Origin: Jimgerdemannia flammicorona
Lineage: Eukaryota
Assembly (NCBI GenBank): GCA_003990765.1
Contig: RBNJ01000134.1
Span: forward strand, 1 to 39,836
Direction of reading: 5' to 3'
Length of the DNA stretch: 39,836 nucleotides
Position numbers and translations under genes: made by a program. The first letter of the stretch is position 1. The number at the start of each line of letters is the position of its first letter. Positions 35,502 to 39,836 of the stretch are shown one piece after another. Below the pieces are notes generated by a model. The model was given only the letters and a program-made list of their open reading frames with translations. It was not told where the DNA came from and ran no database searches.

Positions 35502-37990
35502 CCCAAGAGACAGTAAAGCCTTTCACCAACATTGGAGAGGAATTGATACTCCAACAAAACTAGTAGAACTTCTCAACAAATATCAAGATATCTTCACTAC
35601 CGATTATGGTAACCTGCCATACAATCCATCATATCACTACAGTATAAATATAAGAAACACAACACCCATCTGGCAGAAACCCTATAGAATAGAAAACATT
35701 CAAAAAGAAGCACATTCAAGAACTCTTAGACAATGGGGTCATCTGACTCTCTACCAGCCCCTGGGCCAGTTCTATACTTATTGTACCAAAGAAAGGAGGA
35801 TAGAGACTCTGCATGGATTACAGAAAACTCAATTCAGTCACCAAAAAGAATGTCTATCCTCTGCCCAGAATTGATGACCTCTTGGATCAGTTACAAGATA
35901 CCAGATACTTCAGCAGTATGGATCTCTTCGCAGGATTCCATGAGATCCCCATAGACCCCAAGGACATTCAAAAGACAGCCTTCCTTACTCTAGAAAAACT
36001 GTTTGAGTACCTCTGAATGCTCTTTGGACTTTGCAATGCACTCCCCACCTTTCAGAGGATGATGAATTCAGTCTATACCCCCTTGATTCACCACTGTCTG
36101 ATTGTATACATGGATGATTCCAACATCTATTCAGCAAATTTTGAAGAATACCTGTACTACCTAGAGAAATTCTTCAAACTCACCTGCAAGAACCACTTGA
36201 GACTGAATGCAAAGAAATGTTACTTTGGGAAACAGAAACTTGAATTCCTTGGATTCATAGTTTCAAAAGAAGGAATCCATGCAGACCCAAAGAAAACTGA
36301 GAAGATTAACAATTGGCCAGTATCCAAAACCCTGAAGGAAACACTATCATTTCTGATGTTAGTATCCTACTACAGAAGGTTTATCAAAGACTTTGCCCAA
36401 ATTGCTGCCCTGATTCAAATCCTTCTTAAGAAAGAAGTGCCATTCAAATGGACAGAAACACAAGAAAAAGCCTTCAGAGAACTCAAGAACTACATGACTA
36501 TAGCACTAATTCTTGTATACCCCAATCTACAGAAGCCATTCATCTTATATATAGATGCTTCTAAAGATATCCTTGGGGAAGTTCTGGCCTAAGAAGGACC
36601 CAATCAACAGCACCATGTGATAGCTTATGTAAGCAGAGCTACCCGTTAGCAGCAGATAAACTATAGTAGTACCAAATTGGAATACCTTGTAGTCATATGG
36701 GCAGTCATCCTGTTCAAGCATTACCTCATTGGAAAAAGGTTCACCCTGATCACAGACCATGTAGCCCTTAAGTAGCTATTCAACTACAAGGAACCCACTG
36801 GGATCCTAGCCTGCTGGATCTTTATCCTTCAGGATTACAAAATGACCATCATTTATAAAGCAGAGAAAGCCTACAATAATGTTGATGTACTTTCCCACCA
36901 GCCCCAATGAACCAGAAGGGTGTCCCAAGGAACTATACCCTAAAGAAAGCTCCTCAGACCATCAAGACACAAGAAGATCTCATCTGAAAAGAATATCAGA
37001 AAGCCCATCAAGGATAGGTGAATATAGAAGAGAAGTTGTGAACAATACACCAACATTGGCCCAACCTCAGAACACAAGTCTAGGACATAGTTAAGAAATG
37101 TGATATCTACCAAAAGTACCAAGGAAGGAAGAACTATCAAGCACTACTGTAACCAATTGCACTACCAGACAACATCCTTCAGAGATGGAGAGTAGATGTA
37201 ATTGGACCTCTACCAGTTATACTAAGAAGAAACAAATATATCCTTATATTTATAGAACATCTGACCAAGTGGCCCAAGGCTTTTCCAATGGAAATTGCAG
37301 ATGCCTTAACTATTGTAGGCCTCCTCTATAGACTCATACTCAGATATAGACCCCCAGAAGAACTTATCTCTGACTGAGGCACAGAATTCATCAATAACAT
37401 AATCACAAGTTATGCCCAAATTCACAAGATCTACCTCAAAAGGACTATATCATATCACCCTCAGACCAATGGTATGACAGAGAGAATGAACCAGACCATC
37501 AAGAAAGAACTTGTCTGAGTCAATTCTACTAATTGGGACCTCTGCTTACCTGAGATTCTATGGAAATTTGGAACACCCCTACTGCCTCTACCAAACAAAA
37601 GCTATTCAAAATGGTGTTTGCCAAGAAAACCAGAACTGCTGATCATGAGAATCTTGAAGACCTCCTCAAGAAGGCAGAACAATTACATAATCAAGCCTGA
37701 GGACAGATTATCAAAGCCCAAGAAAGACAAAAGAAGTATTATGACCAGAAATAGAAAGATCAGAAGATCAAAATTGGTGATCAAGTCCTAGTTTGGAGAA
37801 GTATAATAGAAACAAACTTTGCTACTAAACTGGAACTAAAATGAGAAGGACCATACCTTATATACAACATCAGAGAAACCAGCATCTATATAAGAAGCAT
37901 GAATGGACATGTCTTGAGAACTCCAGTCCACATCAATTGCCTCAAGATATACCTGTACAAATCATGACTCAGAGGATAGATCAACATCTC
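35463..37990 (+). pseudogene. Element C ORF2: RT - RNase H - integrase (GPY/F motif, no chromodomain)
   Basis: DYRKLN..YPLPRIDD, FGLCNA, YMDD (~36106), YIDAS, LITDH, WPNL..CDI, VDVIGPLP, YHPQTNG, EGPY (~37850). Confidence 0.95.
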
Positions 37991-38470
37991 CAGACCCTCA
38001 TCCTCAGCTCTTTCCAAGCCCTGCCAATTCTTCTGCCCCAATTTCACTAACTTGAAGGAACCTCCATACAATTGATCCAGAAGCATCAAGAGAACCTTGC
38101 CATTGCCCAGAGGTTACTTCAGATCTACTATCTACAAGTCTTCTACAACATTGGACAGCTATTGACAGAACAACCTTACATAAGGAGCCTAATCAGAATT
38201 ACTCTCAGAGAAGCAAGAACTGCCAAATGAATCTACACCCTATACAATTGAAATGTTGGAGCCCTGGTGCAGTCTCACTTCTATCTCAATAATATCCATC
38301 AGATGAATGAGACCACCTTTCAGAGTATTCTTCAACAAATAGACATCCTGTTTCTCGAAGAACAAGAAGAAGATCCAGAGCTAGAATGGAGTGACCCTGA
38401 TATAGACAATGAAGATGATGGAATGGGTATAGATGCAGAAGCAGCTTATACTTATTGGGATAATGACTGA
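37964..38470 (+). pseudogene. ORF3 after the integrase (168 codons, helical core + acidic tail), function unknown
   Basis: ATG at 37964 to TGA at 38470 in one frame, with three internal stops explicable as CAA/CGA transitions. Confidence 0.75.
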
Positions 38471-38509
38471 AGAATAGTCTGGAACAGACTATCCTTCAGT
38501 AGGGGCTGA
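38469..38509 (+). promoter_or_regulatory. Hairpin plus short polypurine tract
   Basis: gaagaatagtct-ggaac-agactatccttc (12-bp stem, 1 mismatch), then agtaggggctga, then the TG of the LTR. Confidence 0.7.
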
Positions 38510-39593
38510 TGTGACAAACCACAAAATATAGTAATCTCGAAATCCAACCAGATGACATGAACATTAGCATAGCATAGTAACTAGCAACCATTGCTGTAGA
38601 AAATGTATAAATAACCCAGATAGCTAAAGAAAGGAAAAACCCTAACAGTGGCTGTTACTCTGACAGTGGCTGTCACTCTGATAGTAGCTGTCATCCTGAT
38701 AGTAGCTGTCACCCTGACAGTGAATATCACCTCATAAATAGCATTCTATAGTTAGTCATATAGTAACCAGATAGTAACCACAATATATAAAATACCCCAG
38801 AGACAAGAGTGAATAAACCTCAGTCTGAAATATAAATACCAAAGAAGCCTCTAAAAATTGAGTATTAGTCCTCTTTCCACTCTGGTCTACTTTCCAATAC
38901 AAAGCTTGAAGTTTGCCACCAAGTTCAAGAAAGAACTTTGCCACCTTTAGAACTATTGGTTCACTTGCCAGATAAGCCTGAAGATCTCTGCCTAAGAGAA
39001 AGCTGCCTTGCTCAAGCCAGTTTCTGATACAACTTTACAGTAATCTATTTATGCAAACAAAGCCAGTCTTTAATGCAATTTTATCAAGAGACCCTTTCCA
39101 AAAAGCCTGCCAATTCAGAAAGAATCTATGTCAGTAGTATTCCTAGTTGAAGCTACTAATTCAGAAGAATTCACACCACCTAAGTTATTATTTCTAGAAG
39201 TCTACTGATTCAGAAAGAATCTGTGATATCTGAGTTATCTGAGTTATCCACATCATCCACTATTTTCAAGTTATCCACATTCCTAGTTGAAGCTGCCGAT
39301 TCGGGAAGAATCTGCAACATTCAAGTCATCTGCATCACCTGAGTTATTCCTTTGTTCCCAGTAAGCCCAATATAGAAGAATCTGCTACCAGTATAATTCC
39401 CAGTAAGAAGGATCTGTACCTTCCTCCATCTCCAGTGAGCCAAATCAAGTTATTCATCAAATTATCAGAACATCTACATAAGGAACCCATTGCATTACAC
39501 AGAGATCATTATACAGAAATCACATAAGGAGAACTACTAAATTGCCAGACTGTCACACTCAGAAGATTGTCACACTATACAGAGATCATTGTA
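38510..39593 (+). repeat. 3' LTR of C, interrupted ~290 bp before its end
   Basis: Colinear with the 5' LTR until agagatcattgta. Confidence 0.92.
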
Positions 39594-39836
39594 TAGTGCA
39601 CCGTACTTATACTCAACTTTTTCTATCTCCTTTTTATTGTATTTAATAAAAAAATAAAAAAAATCATAAATTGATAAAACATCCTATAAAGTTTAGTCAA
39701 ATAGAGAGCTTTTTTTATTTTTACATATAATATTTTAATAAAAATAGTTTTTTTATTATTTTATAATAAATATTGAGACCAGTCACAATTTTGGCCTTAA
39801 ATTAAAGCCTAATCACAAATCACTCGTCACAATTTC
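39594..39836. mobile_element. Start of an AT-rich insertion (TAGTGCACCG...), possibly a hAT-like DNA transposon
   Basis: LTR similarity ends abruptly at a TAGTG start; the other end is outside the window. Confidence 0.45.

Larger units (their letters stand above)
26447..39593 (+). mobile_element. Ty3/gypsy element C, near complete, both LTRs interrupted by younger insertions
   Basis: Matching LTR starts TGTGATAAACCACAAAATGTAG (26447) and TGTGACAAACCACAAAATATAG (38510); PBS, gag-pol, ORF3, purine tract. Confidence 0.95.

Overview
Eukaryotic (probably fungal; inference) transposon graveyard with no recognisable host gene. It holds: two L1/Tx1-clade LINEs (1-5338 minus, young, frame-intact but nonsense-mutated; 26481-29260 plus, 5'-truncated, with TSD); three Ty3/gypsy LTR retrotransposons of two related dUTPase-carrying families (B 5340-~13726 minus; D 17598-24258 plus; near-complete C 26447-39593 plus); a fourth retroelement relic with dUTPase before the protease; a solo LTR; a fully palindromic hAT-type MITE; and two more TAGTG-terminated insertions. 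All are nested and eroded by C->T/G->A transitions. Reversing those transitions shows an unusual gypsy architecture: leader-Gag-protease-Cys/His fingers-unknown domain with an F-box-like motif-dUTPase-second dUTPase-like domain in one ORF. A -1 frameshift signal (GGGAAAC, with a clear hairpin in B) sits just before RT rather than between gag and protease, and an extra non-env ORF3 follows the integrase. All translations and alignments were done by eye; no database searches were run.
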